From the NCBI GenBank assembly GCA_951406725.2, contig OX597837.1, positions 20,026,001 to 20,090,000 on the forward strand: a DNA stretch of 64,000 nt, written 5' to 3'. The position numbers and the translations under genes are program-made. The DNA comes from Octopus vulgaris (lineage: Eukaryota). The stretch's first letter is position 1, and each line of letters begins with the position of its first letter. The notes beneath the pieces are model-generated. The model was not told the DNA's origin. It did no database searches and was given only the letters and a program-made list of their open reading frames with translations. Shown in pieces: positions 27,108-40,560 of this stretch.

Positions 27108-27115
<8 letters not shown>
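26800..27115 (+). mobile_element. dispersed TA-embedded repeat (copy at 13430-13640)
   Basis: See paired copy; contains GGCC..GGCCGAAACTGCA and CTGAGGA..GGA(AGG)TCC-GAA, degenerate hammerhead-like pieces. Confidence 0.6.
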
Positions 27116-27170
<55 letters not shown>

Positions 27171-27228
27171 CATGCACACATACATACATACATACATACA
27201 TACATACATACATACATACATACATACA

Positions 27229-27260
<32 letters not shown>

Positions 27261-28476
27261 CAAGGTGTGCCAAAATTAAGGCAACTTTCTTCAATTTTGC
27301 TACAGCAAAATCTTTTTATATGGGTCCGAGCGTTGCAATACCATGGTAAAGGAGGCACAATTATGACACTACTACATTTTTTCGATATAGCTATTTCTTT
27401 TTTGAATCAAAGTCTTATGTCCAAGTGCGAGTACTTCACATGCAGTACGCAGCTGTTCTTGCGGAATCGAAGCCCTTTCCTGGTGCAGTTTTGTCTTCAG
27501 GGTGTCGAGAGAAACATGAGGCGTCCTCGAGACCTTTATCTCCAAAATGAATCAAACAGAAAAATCCAGCGGGTTGAGTCGGAGCTTCTGCCTTACATCC
27601 TTGCCTATGAACGACCGAATGTTTGGAGCTGTGGAATGGTGCCGAGTCCTGTCGGAGGCTGCAAGTGCACATTGAAAGTGTTCATTCGTCCATGGATGCA
27701 GTTCAGTTTCCAGAATGTCGCTAATGTACCACTGAGTGATACATAAGCGAGGGCAGAAAAATGAGGGAGACCTTCCAGTGGCTGTCACAGCCGCCTAAAC
27801 CATAACCGACAGTGGAGCTTGATGTTGGTATACTCGTCTACCCTCGACCGAGCCATATACACACCATAGTCGATCATTCTGGTGGTTTCTTTTCATCGGT
27901 GAACACTAGTTTGGCCAACATGCCTTCAGCAATCTCACGGAGGATAAGGCGATTTCTTTCCAGTTTCATGGCCTTATATACTTGAGTGAGTTCGTGACAG
28001 TGGGTTGTCTTGTAGGGGTAGGTCCTGAGATCCTCCTTCAGCACATGGTACATCGATGTTCGACTTATTTTTGTTATGACAGTCAGTTCTCTGATAGAAC
28101 GAGGATTTCGCTGTATCTTTTCTCTTGTACGTTTGATAACCTGAGGGATCTGCATACTTCTCTTTCGGCCCCGTCGTGGTTGATCTGCGGTGGAACCAGT
28201 CTCTTGAAATTTATTGACAATTTTCCAGACTGTTGTTCGGTTAATTTTAAGCCTTTTTTTGCTATAACTTTCGCGTTCTTTGTGGAGGGTTATGATTGTA
28301 TTTCGGTCTATAGCCAATATCTAATTTATAAATCTGAATTTATTTAGTCTGAAACAAAAAAACAAAAAACGGACACACTAAGCTTTTATAATGATGTATA
28401 ATTTTAATATCTTATCACATTTATTAGTAGTTATTAAAGCCCGACATTTCAGTTGCTTTAATTTCGGGACACCCTA
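27261..28476 (-). mobile_element. near full-length decayed Tc1/mariner (maT-like) transposon
   Basis: TIRs CAAGGTGTGCCAAAATTAAGGCAACT / AGTTGCTTTAATTTCGGGACACCCTA; ORF 28317-27874 has a paired-like HTH (RTTVWKIVNKFQETGS..RRGRKRS) and FTDEK; frameshifted continuation has QDSAPFH and LNPLDFSV. Confidence 0.92.
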
Positions 28477-28510
28477 TGTGTGTGTGTGTGTGTGTGTGTG
28501 TGCGCGTGTG

Positions 28511-28561
<51 letters not shown>

Positions 28562-28635
28562 GTGTGTGTGTGTGTGTGTGCGTGTGTCCGTGTGTGTGTG
28601 TGTGTGTGTATGTGTGTGTGTGTGTGTATGTGTGT

Positions 28636-28770
28636 TTGACGGAAAATGGATTTAGCAAGAATCTTTATTCAGCACAACGATCGTTTCTACCCATCCTGCA
28701 TCTGTCCCTTATGGGTAGGATATAGTACATCTAGTTGTGTTGCATCCATCAATGCAGGTTGTGCCTCGTC
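28636..28770 (-). mobile_element. repeat related to the 50581-50799 fold-back element
   Basis: Minus ...ATGCAGGATGGGTAGAAACGATCGTTGTGCTGAATAAAG matches 50732-50770. Confidence 0.65.
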
Positions 28771-28934
28771 ATACATACACACACACACATATATATATAT
28801 ATTGACTTTGTCATCGAACTTTTTGCGGTTGGTGAAATAAGTATCAACTGTGTACTGGGCTCGATATAATCGGCTTTTCCCTCCCCTCCTGTGCCAAAAT
28901 TTGAAATCGTTGTAACTCGACTTCAAAAAATGCA

Positions 28935-29102
28935 TAAAAGTTTTTTATTTCTCTTTGTTATTTTTTCTCTTATTCCTTTGTGTTGAAGAGCGTAGGCTCG
29001 AAATGTAAAATACTTCCTCACTTCCTGAGCGTCAAACTAATACACTTGCTTGTAGTTCATACACCTGCCTTCGTCTTTTGCTTTTCTGTAAATTTCAACC
29101 AT
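28935..29102 (+). mobile_element. hammerhead-family PLE-terminus element (mutated core)
   Basis: CTTT-GTGTTGA-A-GAGC(GTAG)GCTC-GAAAT-GTA at 28976-29011, plus family tail CCTGAGCGTCAAACTAATACA...CTTCGTCTTTTG. Confidence 0.7.
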
Positions 29103-29164
29103 ATACGTATATATGTGTGTATGTGTATGTATATATATATATATATATGTGTGTGTGTATGTGG

Positions 29165-29224
<60 letters not shown>

Positions 29225-29406
29225 ATTTGTGTGAGTTAAAATGTATTTGCATATTTCAGATAACGATCTACAGCCTGAAGATGAAATCTTTACTATTATA
29301 CACTGCACTGTTACGCCTTAGTTTCTGATTTCAATCCCAGCAAGTCATCTTTAGCTTTCGGTCTTTCCGGGTCCTTAAATATAAAAAATCAAATCAAGTA
29401 TTAGGT

Positions 29407-29660
29407 GGAGGCGCGTGGCTTATTGGTTAGGGGTAATGGACTCATGATCGTAAGATTGGGGTTTCGATTTCTGGACTGGGCGACGCGTTGTGTTCTGGAG
29501 CAAATCACTTCATTTCACATTGCTCTAGTCTACCCGGACGGTAAAGAAGAGTTATCCTGCGATGGACCGGCATCCCTCGTGCCTCGGAGGGGAATATATA
29601 CAAGACACAGAAACCAGGAAAACGATCCTGTGAGTCTATGACAGGGAAAGTATCTTTAGC
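29407..29660 (+). mobile_element. tRNA-derived SINE, family C (GGAGGCGC head)
   Basis: GGAGGCGCGTGGCTTATTGGTTAGG A box, GGTTTCGATTTC B box, then GTGTTCTGGAGCAAATCACTTCATTTCACATTGCTCTAGT. Confidence 0.75.
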
Positions 29661-29703
29661 CTTTTGTATCAGGTACCAGAGTTTTATTATAATTGGTATT
29701 GTT

Positions 29704-29925
29704 AAGGCGGCGACCTGGCATAGTCGTTAGCACGCCGGGAAAACCTTAGCGGCATTTCGTTCGTCTTTATGTTCTGAGTTCAAATTTCACCAAGATCAAC
29801 TTTGCCTTTCATTGTTTCGGGGTCGATAAATTAAGTACCAGTGAAACACTGGGGTCGATGAAATCGACTAGTCGTCTCCACAAAAATTTCAGGCCTTGTA
29901 CCTATAGTAAAAAGGATTATTATTA
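29704..29925 (+). mobile_element. SINE family B
   Basis: AAGGCGGCGACCTGGCATAGTCGTTAGC...GAGTTCAAAT...GGGGTCGATAAATTAAGTACCAG...GGCCTTGTACCTATAGTAAAAAGGATTATT. Confidence 0.85.
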
Positions 29926-30820
29926 CCTCCTCCTTAACGAAGGCGGAGGTATTGTTTCCAGTCATGTTTGTTTGTTTGTTAGTCCGAGGACAAAATATCT
30001 CAAGAACTGCTGGATGGGTTCAGATGAAACTTTCAGGGATGTTTGGCCTCGTGACTGGCACGAACTGATTAGATTTAGGGATCGATCCACTACCGGACAA
30101 AGATTCTGGATTATTTTTCCTGTTTTTTGCTTAATTTTGAGAGCGGTCGGGTTCATTTTTAGTATTCTCGTTTGTGAGAACAGTCGAGTTTATTTCAGAT
30201 ATTCTCATTTTAATAATCATCTCCGACTAATCGTTGAAAGGACGTTGGTGTTGCCTTGGCTCCCTTGCGCTCCCTGAGTTCTCTTGTTGCTATTGTTATT
30301 TAATCTCCAGGGTTTTCTCATGCAAGCAGGTTTTTGATCAAAAGCATTCCAGCCGAGCTCCTCCCTTTCTATCTATGTCCACTGAACCCAGTACACATTA
30401 TTTGTACATATCCTATATTTAAGACGGTAGGGTGCGACTCGTGATAGCTATAGCTGTTGTTTCTAACAAGTTGGATTTTATAGCAGTGGTTTGGTTGAAT
30501 TGGTAAGATGTATGGCATCGTCCCTAGCAGTTCTTACATACTGAGTTCAAATCCCTTCGAAGCCGACGTCGCGTTTTATGTCCGTCCGCAGAAAATATGG
30601 TCGGTAAAATAAACCCCAATCAAAAACTGGGAAGTGAATAGTTGCGGGTAGAGCCCAATACAATGGTAATCTACCCTCACCCCCTCCCGTTCTCACAAAA
30701 TTCTAGTGTCTTGCGCCCTATGGCTATTATTTTTTTTTTTTTGGTGGGGGGGGTGATTTTTGGCTATTTCTTGTCCGGGAACACCTCACCCCCACCTGTA
30801 TTACTACTACTACTATTACC

Positions 30821-30857
<37 letters not shown>

Positions 30858-31094
30858 CTTCTGCTGCTGCTGTTGCTATTTCTGCAGCGTACCTGTCTGT
30901 TCGTTAATTATCAATTTGGCTAACGATGGAAAATAAAAAGGGAAAATAATGGAAAAAAAGAAAATGAGTGGGGGAGAGGAGGAGGAGAAGGACGACGACG
31001 ACGATGAGGAGAGAGAGAAGGAGGAGGAGGAGGTGTCTGTTTGATGTACTTTTAAAAACATTGATTTCTATCACAAATATACATACGTAATATA

Positions 31095-31143
<49 letters not shown>

Positions 31144-31200
31144 CACACACACACACACATATATAAATGTGCGTATGAGTTAGTGCGTGTGTTTGTGTAC

Positions 31201-31258
<58 letters not shown>

Positions 31259-31589
31259 ACACATATAAATGTGTGTGTGTGTATTCCTCACAAAAGAAAT
31301 CGCATTGATTTCTTTTGTGGTATTGATGTTATTATTGTTGTTAACTGCTATTTGCTGTTGTTGTTGTTGTATCTATCGTTTGTTTTTTTTTCTTGTTTTC
31401 TTTTCCTTTTTCAATTCTAAATGAATTTCAAAATTAATATAAAAATAAAAGAGAAGAAAATTCTTTCTTTGTATTGGTCAAAATTACCGTTCATTCCCCA
31501 ATGTTCCTGGCTAGAATCGAATATGAGATACACAAAAAAAAACTTCTTAAAATATAAATAAATAAATAAATATTTATTTATTTATTGGT

Positions 31590-31755
31590 ACAGACATAGC
31601 TATGTAGTTAAGATGCTCGCATCACAACCACGTACAAAAAGGTTCAGTCCCACCGCGTGGCAAATTGAGCAAGTGTCGTCCACTACAGCCCTGGGTCGGC
31701 CAAATCCCTTGAGGGTGAATTTGATTGACGGAAACGCTGCGGAAGCTCGTCAGTG
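31590..31755 (+). mobile_element. SINE family A, diverged 5' half
   Basis: GGTTCAGTCCCACCGCGTGGCAAATTGAGCAAGTGTC...GACGGAAAC. Confidence 0.7.
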
Positions 31756-31959
31756 TAACATGAAATATATAAGTATATATAGGGTCTGGTGGCTCTAGAG
31801 CGCTAACTGGTAACATGTAACCCAGTACAACCTTTCACATATTGGGATCGTCAGCAACTACACTGGCAACCCTGCCGAGCTAGCTTGGTAAGGAGGGTGG
31901 TTGTTGGACACCCTATCAGACGAAAATTAAATCCCGTTAAAGGGCGGGGGAACTAATGT

Positions 31960-32160
31960 GTAGCCAATGTTTTTATGTTTTCATTTTATTCATATTTTCA
32001 AATTTTAAACATTTCTATGCATGTATGTGTGTATATATAACAAGCAGGTCTATTAGTTTAACGCTCCGGGAAGACTGGAAAAGTCATTTACGTTTCCAGT
32101 CTACGCTCTTCGACAGAAAGGATTGAGAGGTAAAAAATGGAGAGCGAATTGAAAAACAAA
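31960..32160 (-). mobile_element. hammerhead-family PLE-terminus element
   Basis: Minus CTTT-CTGTCGA-A-GAGC(GTAG)ACTG-GAAAC-GTA at 32086-32120, tail CCGGAGCGTTAAACTAATA. Confidence 0.65.
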
Positions 32161-32233
32161 AAAAAAGATGGATAGAGAAAAGGTGTGTAGGCATAAACGG
32201 TTCAACAAGATGAAATAGTCCATTTATGAAATA

Positions 32234-32273
<40 letters not shown>

Positions 32274-32288
32274 ATCGCAATTTGATTT

Positions 32289-32389
<101 letters not shown>

Positions 32390-32467
32390 GCAAAAACTGT
32401 CCGATGAACGGCAACGGGAAACTCAGAGTAACAGGTTTTGTTGAATTTTCTGCTGCTTTAAATAAAG

Positions 32468-32505
<38 letters not shown>

Positions 32506-32517
32506 TATATATACTTA

Positions 32518-32555
<38 letters not shown>

Positions 32556-33557
32556 TCATTATATTTTATAATCTTTGTATATGTGTGTTAGTGTGTATAT
32601 CGAGTTACCAACGACAACCCATTGGTTGATCAAGCCATACTAATTACTACTTGATCTGCAACCTGGCCGGCAGCTGACATGCTTTCTAGGAAAAGAGAGT
32701 GGCTTTTGTCCAGCACAAGCACATTCCACTTTGAATAAACTCATAGTGCAGGTCGCTCCTTAACAACATGAGAACAGACCAAATCTTACGGCGATGAAGT
32801 GACAGTGAGAGGAACAGGTGGAGAAAGTCACAAGAAGTCTCTCACTTGAGCTTTGCACGTTTGGTGGTAAGAAGTCGATGGCTGTTTTGTGAAACCTTGT
32901 GAAACCTGTGAGCAATTTCACAGTTCGTATCCTCTTCTTAGTTCGTATATTCTTCTTAACTACAAAGCAGCCTGTTTAGGGTTGCACCGCTTTCCCTTGT
33001 GTGACGAGGGAGCAGGAAAAGGTGACATAAAAATTGCTTGCTCACACACTCTTGTCATTATCCTGCTAATGACTGAACTTTCAACCATGAAGACGAAAAA
33101 ATATACGACAAAAGGAAACGAGTAGTGAAGCAGATCCTCATGGAGCAGCTGGGAACGTTCGCACACTTCAGGAACCCAAGGAGAATCCCGAGCACAAAAC
33201 AGCACTTACAGCTTGGTTTCTGAGAAGTGAAAATGTTAGTAATAATTCTCTTTCGGAAACAAAGGCACCAGATTCTGGTCAGCTGAATAAAGTAGTTGGA
33301 GGGTACATTTTCTTCTGGATTCGTAAAAAAAGGGGGAAAAAACGAAGCTTATGTGGGTTTCACTATTAGTGATGATATTGTACACCCTGGGTATTGTACA
33401 CCCTGCTTTTCGTTCTTTGCCTTGGTACTTAGGAAAATGAACCTTGGGCACCAACTAAAGGAAAAATATCCGAAGAACATATGTTAAAGACGGGTTGTCA
33501 TGATGGGTATACTGGGGTAGAATATTTTACCCCAGTGTCACTTTGATGGCATTCACT

Positions 33558-33622
<65 letters not shown>

Positions 33623-33639
33623 AATAATAATAATAATAA

Positions 33640-33845
33640 TCCATTCTACGAAAGGCACAAGGCCTGAAATTTGAAAGGAGACTAGTCGATTACACTGACA
33701 CCAGTGTTTCACTGGTACTTATTTTATTGACCCCGAAAGGATGAAAGGCTAAATCGACCTCAGCGGAATTGAACTCAGAACGTGAAGACCAACGAAATGC
33801 TGCAAAGCGTTTCGCCTGGTGCGCTAACGGTTCTGGCATCTCACA
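33640..33845 (-). mobile_element. SINE family B
   Basis: Reverse complement of the family B body (ACCCCGAAAGGATGAAAGG, GAACTCAGAACG). Confidence 0.85.
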
Positions 33846-34170
<325 letters not shown>

Positions 34171-35149
34171 CAAGACTAACAAATGAGATTAAGAATAACA
34201 TTGCGAACTAATTCTAAAGACAGCTATTTACAAAGTTGTGGCTACTTTATAATCTTTCTACGTCTGTTATCAGTCTTTAAATCTGTGTATGTCTCCGTGC
34301 AGACTTACATACAAAATTACATACATTCATGTGTGTGTGTGTGTGTACATATGTATATGTAATGTATGTATGTATGTATGTATGTATGTATGTATGTATG
34401 TATGTATGTATGTGTGTGTGTATCTATGTATGTATGTATGTATATATGTATGCATGTATGTATGTATGTATGTATGTACGCATGTATGTATATATATATA
34501 ATATGGCTCTCAGCAAGAACACGTAATATATGTGCCAAGCTTTCGTCTCCTCGGATTCAGATCGACCTTTGTCAAAATCTCTGACTGTGGTGCCACTTTA
34601 GATATCATGTTCTCTCAAGCTTAAAGACACACACACACGTGTGTGTGTGTGTGTGTGTGTGTGTACTGCATTGGTTCCAGTTTTGACTTCCATCCATGGC
34701 AATATTTATATTAAACCTGTACGCAAAGAGATTTGCAACTGTCGAAATTCAAGGAATTATCATCAGAGTATCAGACATTGTTTGACAGACAGCTGTGAGT
34801 TGTATGTGTTACTCATCAAATATGACCTTAAATGCATACAATACAGATTTCAATATCAGGCAAATTTCAAAGTCCGGTTCTATTTACATATTATTATTAG
34901 CGAGCTTTAGGTTAATTAAAATGTTCGTGGCATATTTCAACTTCTAAAGGCAAATTCACTGCAGTTACTATGGAGAAAGAATTCTTTAAAATGGTGTAAA
35001 AAAAACACATCTGTCCAGTAGTTAGCCCTGTCGGATTCCTAGACGCGTTTCTAGTTCTTTGGTCGTTTTCAGTGGGAAACTCTTGACTGGACAGACTTAA
35101 AGCCGTAGGTCTAACTAAAACACCAGTTATTGACTGTATTTTACCATTG

Positions 35150-35600
35150 GATCGCCAGAACTGATACCGCGCTGGCCAAAGCGCTTAGCAATATTTTGTC
35201 CATCTTTATGTTCCGTGCTAAAAATTCCCCAAAATGTCGATTTTACCTTTTATCTTTTCAGGGGTCGATAAAATAAGTACCAGTTGAGTAGAGGGGTCGA
35301 TGCTGTCGACTATCCCCTCCCGCAAGAATTCTGGCCTTGAATCTATAGTCGAAAGGTTTATTACTGCTTCAAATGCAGTGAACTGGTAGAATTGTTACAG
35401 CGCCTGATACAATGCTTAGCGGAATTACTTTCAGCTCTTTACGTTCTGTGTTCAAACTCCACCGAGGTCTAGTTTCCCTTTCATCCTTTCGAGGTTGATA
35501 AAATTAAAGTACCACCGAAGTACTGGGATCCACGTAATCGGATGACACCCACGTTTCGGAAAAAACTGCTGGCCTTTGTCGCAAAATTAGAAAGATCATC
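35150..35600 (+). mobile_element. two tandem diverged SINE family B copies
   Basis: GGGGTCGATAAAATAAGTACCAG (~35261) and CCTTTCATCCTTTCGAGGTTGATAAAATTAAAGTACC (~35477). Confidence 0.75.
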
Positions 35601-35949
35601 ATTCTTTCCGTGCAGCATGAGAAGCGATTAAGCAGATAAGCTTAAAGTTTATCAGCTTGATTACCGGAAAGAGATTCGCATTGGACGAAACACGTTACTT
35701 CATCTTCCTCCAATTAGAGGAAAGAGTGAACATTAAAACTGGTGAAACTCTCGCTCAATGTCAAGTAATCGCAGCAGCAAGTCAGTGATTCAACCCAAAA
35801 CTTTCAGACACAAACATAACGTCGAGTTAGCAGAGTCCTAACTTTCCACCCACTTTATTGTTATAGAGACATTGATCGTTCATGTCTTTGAAGACGACCG
35901 GAATAGAAGCTTTACACTTTTCGGGTCGTGAGGTAGCTTATTGGCATAA

Positions 35950-36430
35950 AATCCGCGGTAACAAGATAGAAGGCATTTCATTCAAAGAAGAATATGCTGT
36001 AAACAAAGTTATACGATGCCATACATGCCAGACTTTCCAATAGGAGCTTCCTACCATCTCTCTTATATGTAAGGGAAATGTGCGCCACTACGAAAAGGAA
36101 AGAACATCGACTGGCTACGACGCAAAGGGCCGTGGAAAGATCCAGGCTAGGAACATTATTAAGAGAGCACATTCGAGAACGGATTGGAGTGAACGGTATA
36201 ATCGCAGAGGACCCTAAGCACACATTACACTGGGACGGACATGTCACAAGGTCCACGGACAACAGTTGGACCCGTGCACTGGTCGAATGGTATCCAAGAG
36301 ATCGGAAAAGGCGATTTAGTGAAGTAATTTGGGTCCAAATAGAAAGGAACGGCGCAATCAAGGCAAAATTGGAAGCACATTATGACCCGCGGTGTATAAC
36401 AGCAAACGATGAGCTGGTCGATACTGTAAT
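35950..36430 (+). pseudogene. RTE-clade LINE RT C-terminal fragment
   Basis: TQRAVERSRLG...IRERIGVNGII...LHWDGHVTRSTDNSWTRALVEWYPRDRKR resembles RTE 'QRAMER..KW.WAGHV.R..D.RWT....W.PR..KR'. Confidence 0.85.
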
Positions 36431-36439
36431 ATTATGATA

Positions 36440-36552
<113 letters not shown>

Positions 36553-36635
36553 CCAGGCTTCTTTCAGTTTCCGTCTACCATCCACTCGAAAGATTTTGGT
36601 GGGTCAGGGTGTTACACAGGGGGACCAAATGGCAG

Positions 36636-36691
36636 GATAGTGTCAGTTAGCAGATCCATCAATAAGGACGGGTCTGCTAACTGACACTATC
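36636..36691. repeat. 25-bp-stem hairpin
   Basis: GATAGTGTCAGTTAGCAGATCCATC-AATAAG-GACGGGTCTGCTAACTGACACTATC (one wobble, one mismatch). Confidence 0.9.
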
Positions 36692-37056
36692 TTTTACTAT
36701 GGATCTCTTTAATCTTTTGATCATGGAACTACCAACCAATATCGTCTTTTACATTGGACCCTCTTTAATCCCTCAACGAACTGGTAACGAATAATATTCT
36801 GGATTAAGGATATTCCTCATTTCCCCCCTCTCTCTCCGATGACGGAATACCCAGCCAACGTGGAAATCTTTATTCAATAATATAAAACCCACATGATAAG
36901 CTATTCTAGAAACAGCTGTAAGAGACTATACCTGTTTACCATAACTACTCCGCACTATGTTTAAATTATAAATTAAATGCTCTAAAGCGATACCATATGT
37001 TTTACTTGTTCACTCTCTGTTTTTAATATATACGTTAGGTGTGTCTGTGTGGTAAA

Positions 37057-37206
37057 TAGGAGTGGCTGTGTGGTAAGTAGCTTGCTTACGAACTACAGTC
37101 CCATTGCGTTATACCTTACGTAAGTGTCTTCTACAATAGCCTCGGGCCGACCAAAGACGGAAACTGAAAGAAGCCCGTCGTATATATGTATATATATATA
37201 TATATA

Positions 37207-37255
<49 letters not shown>

Positions 37256-37460
37256 TTGTGTGTCTGTGTTTGTCTCCCCAACATACATCGCTTGACAACA
37301 GATGCTGGTGTGTTTATGTCCCCGTAATCTAGCGGTTCGGCAAAAGACACTGATAGAATAAGTACTAGGCTTACAAAGTCCTGGGGTGGATTTGGTCGAC
37401 TAAAGGCGATGCTCCAGCATGGCCGCAGTCAAATGACTGAAACAAATAAACGAGTAGGGA
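37057..37460 (+). mobile_element. SINE family A
   Basis: TAGGAGTGGCTGTGTGGTAAG head, internal (TA)(TG) repeat, tail GCTCCAGCATGGCCGCAGTCAAATGACTGAAAC. Confidence 0.9.
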
Positions 37461-37635
37461 GTATCTACCTGCTCAAGGACGAACCACCTCCAGCCATCTT
37501 TGACAGGCAGATTCGACACTACCTTTTATTAGTTGCACTTCCACTACTTGCATTTTATTGATAAACCAAAGTAAACACTTGTAGTACATACCTATTATTT
37601 TCAGCCTTCAGATGCAAACTCTTTGTGTGTGTGTG

Positions 37636-37670
<35 letters not shown>

Positions 37671-38198
37671 GCAGGCATAACACAATTTTCGTAGTTTCGA
37701 GTTACATATTTTTTCTCAAGGAATTTATTCAAAAGCATAAATGTTTAAAGGAATAAAAAGACCACAAGAAAACCAATACGGAGATGGAAAATCAAAGAAA
37801 ATGCACGTGAAAATGTGTACAAAACTAATTATTAATACGTATGTTTTAAAAACTTTTCCGTGTTACGTCGTTTTTGGTGTTACGCATGTCTTCGAAGCAA
37901 TTATGGACGTAACTTGAGATATGCTTGAAAGAAGGAGAGAGAGAGAAGGGGGAGATAGAGAGTAGCGGGAGGAAAGCAGAGAGGGAGAGAGAGACGACTG
38001 GAAGTCCAAACACACTGATACAAATTTCTGATTTTCCTTTGATAAACAGGACCGATTCCTAAGAAATTAATGACGTCTTTGCAAGAACAATAAATTTGAA
38101 CGCAGGAATTTCTTCCACTTGTTTATTTTATAACTTTGTATGGAGTTCTTTGTTGAGTTTTAGTCATATCAAACGTTTGTTTGAAAGCATTTATTTAT

Positions 38199-38259
<61 letters not shown>

Positions 38260-38466
38260 TGTGTATAAGATACTGGAGTATATGTACGAGAGGGGACACG
38301 AGAGCGGCGATGTTGGGGCGGTGGCGAAGGTAAATTAACCAATTTATTAAATGATCTAACCAAGAAGATGGATATTTGAGTGTCAGTGATAACTTGTCGA
38401 CACTTTGATGTATTATATGATGTGTAATTGGATTTATTATTCGCCGTTATGTAGTGGCCTGCCAAC

Positions 38467-38558
<92 letters not shown>

Positions 38559-38706
38559 GTATATATATAGATATATATGAGATATGTGTGTGTGTGTGTG
38601 TATGTGTGTTTATGAATATATACACATAATCACTAATAAACATGCGTCTCTGTGTTGTGCATGGTGTTATTGTATAATCTTCTTTTCGTGTGGATCTATC
38701 TATCTA

Positions 38707-38739
<33 letters not shown>

Positions 38740-38976
38740 GTGTCTGTCTGTGTGTGTGTGTGTCTGTCTGTCTGTCTGTCTGTATGTATGTATATATAAT
38801 ATATATATTTATGTATATATACATGCATGTATATATATATATTTATATATACGCATACATACGTACATGTATATATACATAGATACGTACATACACACAC
38901 ATATATATATAGAGAGAGAGAAAGAAATGTTTAATATCTTGTAAATGTATGCACCTGTGTGTATGTGTGAATGTGT

Positions 38977-39014
<38 letters not shown>

Positions 39015-39187
39015 ATAATACAAGTTATTTCTTGTCAAGATAGAAAGTAGAATTATGATCGCTGGACCTGCTAGAAATAACCATGAAATATACATCAAAT
39101 AATATCCTAACGTTTTAATTTAGAGGATAGTAAATATAGTGTAGACATGCAAATAAACGGTATATATGTGCGTGTGTGCGTGTATGC

Positions 39188-39229
<42 letters not shown>

Positions 39230-39329
39230 ATTATATGTATATATATATATATATATATGTATATATTTACAGATAGATCTATATATATGTATATATATGT
39301 ATATCTATATATATGTATATATACATGTA

Positions 39330-39675
39330 TATAGGGAAACTTCACGAAAAAAACAAAAGACGAGACAGGTGGTGTAGAAGACATACAGATGTATTAGTAT
39401 AACGCTCGGGAATTGAAGGAGTCTTTAACGTTTCGAGCCTACGCTCTTCTATAGAAGGTGCGCTTGTGTGTAACAGAGTACGTATATGCGTGTGAAAGGG
39501 GACTGGTGATCTTGACGTGCGTGTATGTGTAGGTGCAAAAATGTGGGGATGGGAATTGGTCAGTGCTGGTGTGTGCGTGGTGGTGTGTTGTGATGGGATG
39601 TGTTGTGTGGTATGGTGTAGTGTGTTGTGGTGTGGTGGTATTGGGAGGTTAGACTGAGGGTTGGGGTGGAAGTGA
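39330..39675 (-). mobile_element. hammerhead-family PLE 3' end
   Basis: Minus: C/A-rich UTR as at 13790-14000, then CTATAGA-A-GAGC(GTAG)GCTC-GAAAC-GTT-AAAG (39423-39458) and the family tail. Confidence 0.7.
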
Positions 39676-39684
39676 GATAGATAT

Positions 39685-39747
<63 letters not shown>

Positions 39748-40239
39748 CACATACGCACACCCACACATATATATATGTGTGTGCATGCATATATATGTAT
39801 ATCCGTTTAGTGCTGGCTGTCGGAAGGAAGAGTACTCAACGCCATCGTAAGCATTAATAATATTTCATTTTGCTACTCTAAGTTCCACTTGTAGGTGGAC
39901 GGGGTCTTTTAGGCAAATTATGACAAGTAACTTGCCTGAAGAACCAGTGCACCCATGCATATTTATAAAACATACAGACATACGCACACACATTCATTCA
40001 CACACACACACGCACACACAGCAAATGATTGCTGTACAAGTCCTTGTTGAACAACCTGCTGAGATGCTTAGTTTATAGCGATCAAATGCTTCTGCTCTAG
40101 ATAAGCTCACTCCTTCCATCAAATCGATGTTGCCAGAACAGGTCCATGGTGTACCACACATCAGGTATCGAAGTCATCACAGAGTAACATAAGATGAAGC
40201 ATTTTGCTCCAGAACACAACTCTTTTAGTCTTTTGTGTC

Positions 40240-40560
40240 AGAAACCTCTGGAGATAAAGTTTCCGATTCTGAAACTTTTCTCAGCTATGAACCACCTGAA
40301 AGTTTGTGCTCCATTTCTGTATAGTTTGCCTGACTCGAAGATCTTCCATCTTATGTTGAAGTCAATAGCATCCTTTTTCTAACTCCAGTCATTGTTGTAG
40401 TTCTCTTTTCTGTATGACTGAAGGAAGAAGTGAAATTGGAGTATCGTAATTTAAATATACCTTCTCCCATATCTATGTAGGTTGTGCGCACGATTCTAAG
40501 GTTTGGTTTGGTTTAGAATAGGTGACTTCTGCTTCATATTTATAATTGTTTTAGCGATCA
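40240..40560 (-). pseudogene. Penelope-like GIY-YIG endonuclease remnant
   Basis: Minus: TYIDMGEGIFKLRYSNFTSSFSH...IDFNIRWKIFESGKLYRNG...AEK, same motif order as the 2859-3225 remnant. Confidence 0.7.

Noticed and set aside
32600-33230. Possible RTE 5' UTR or coding ORFs (32889, 32960)
   Set aside because: Only vague resemblance; no diagnostic motif or second copy in the window.
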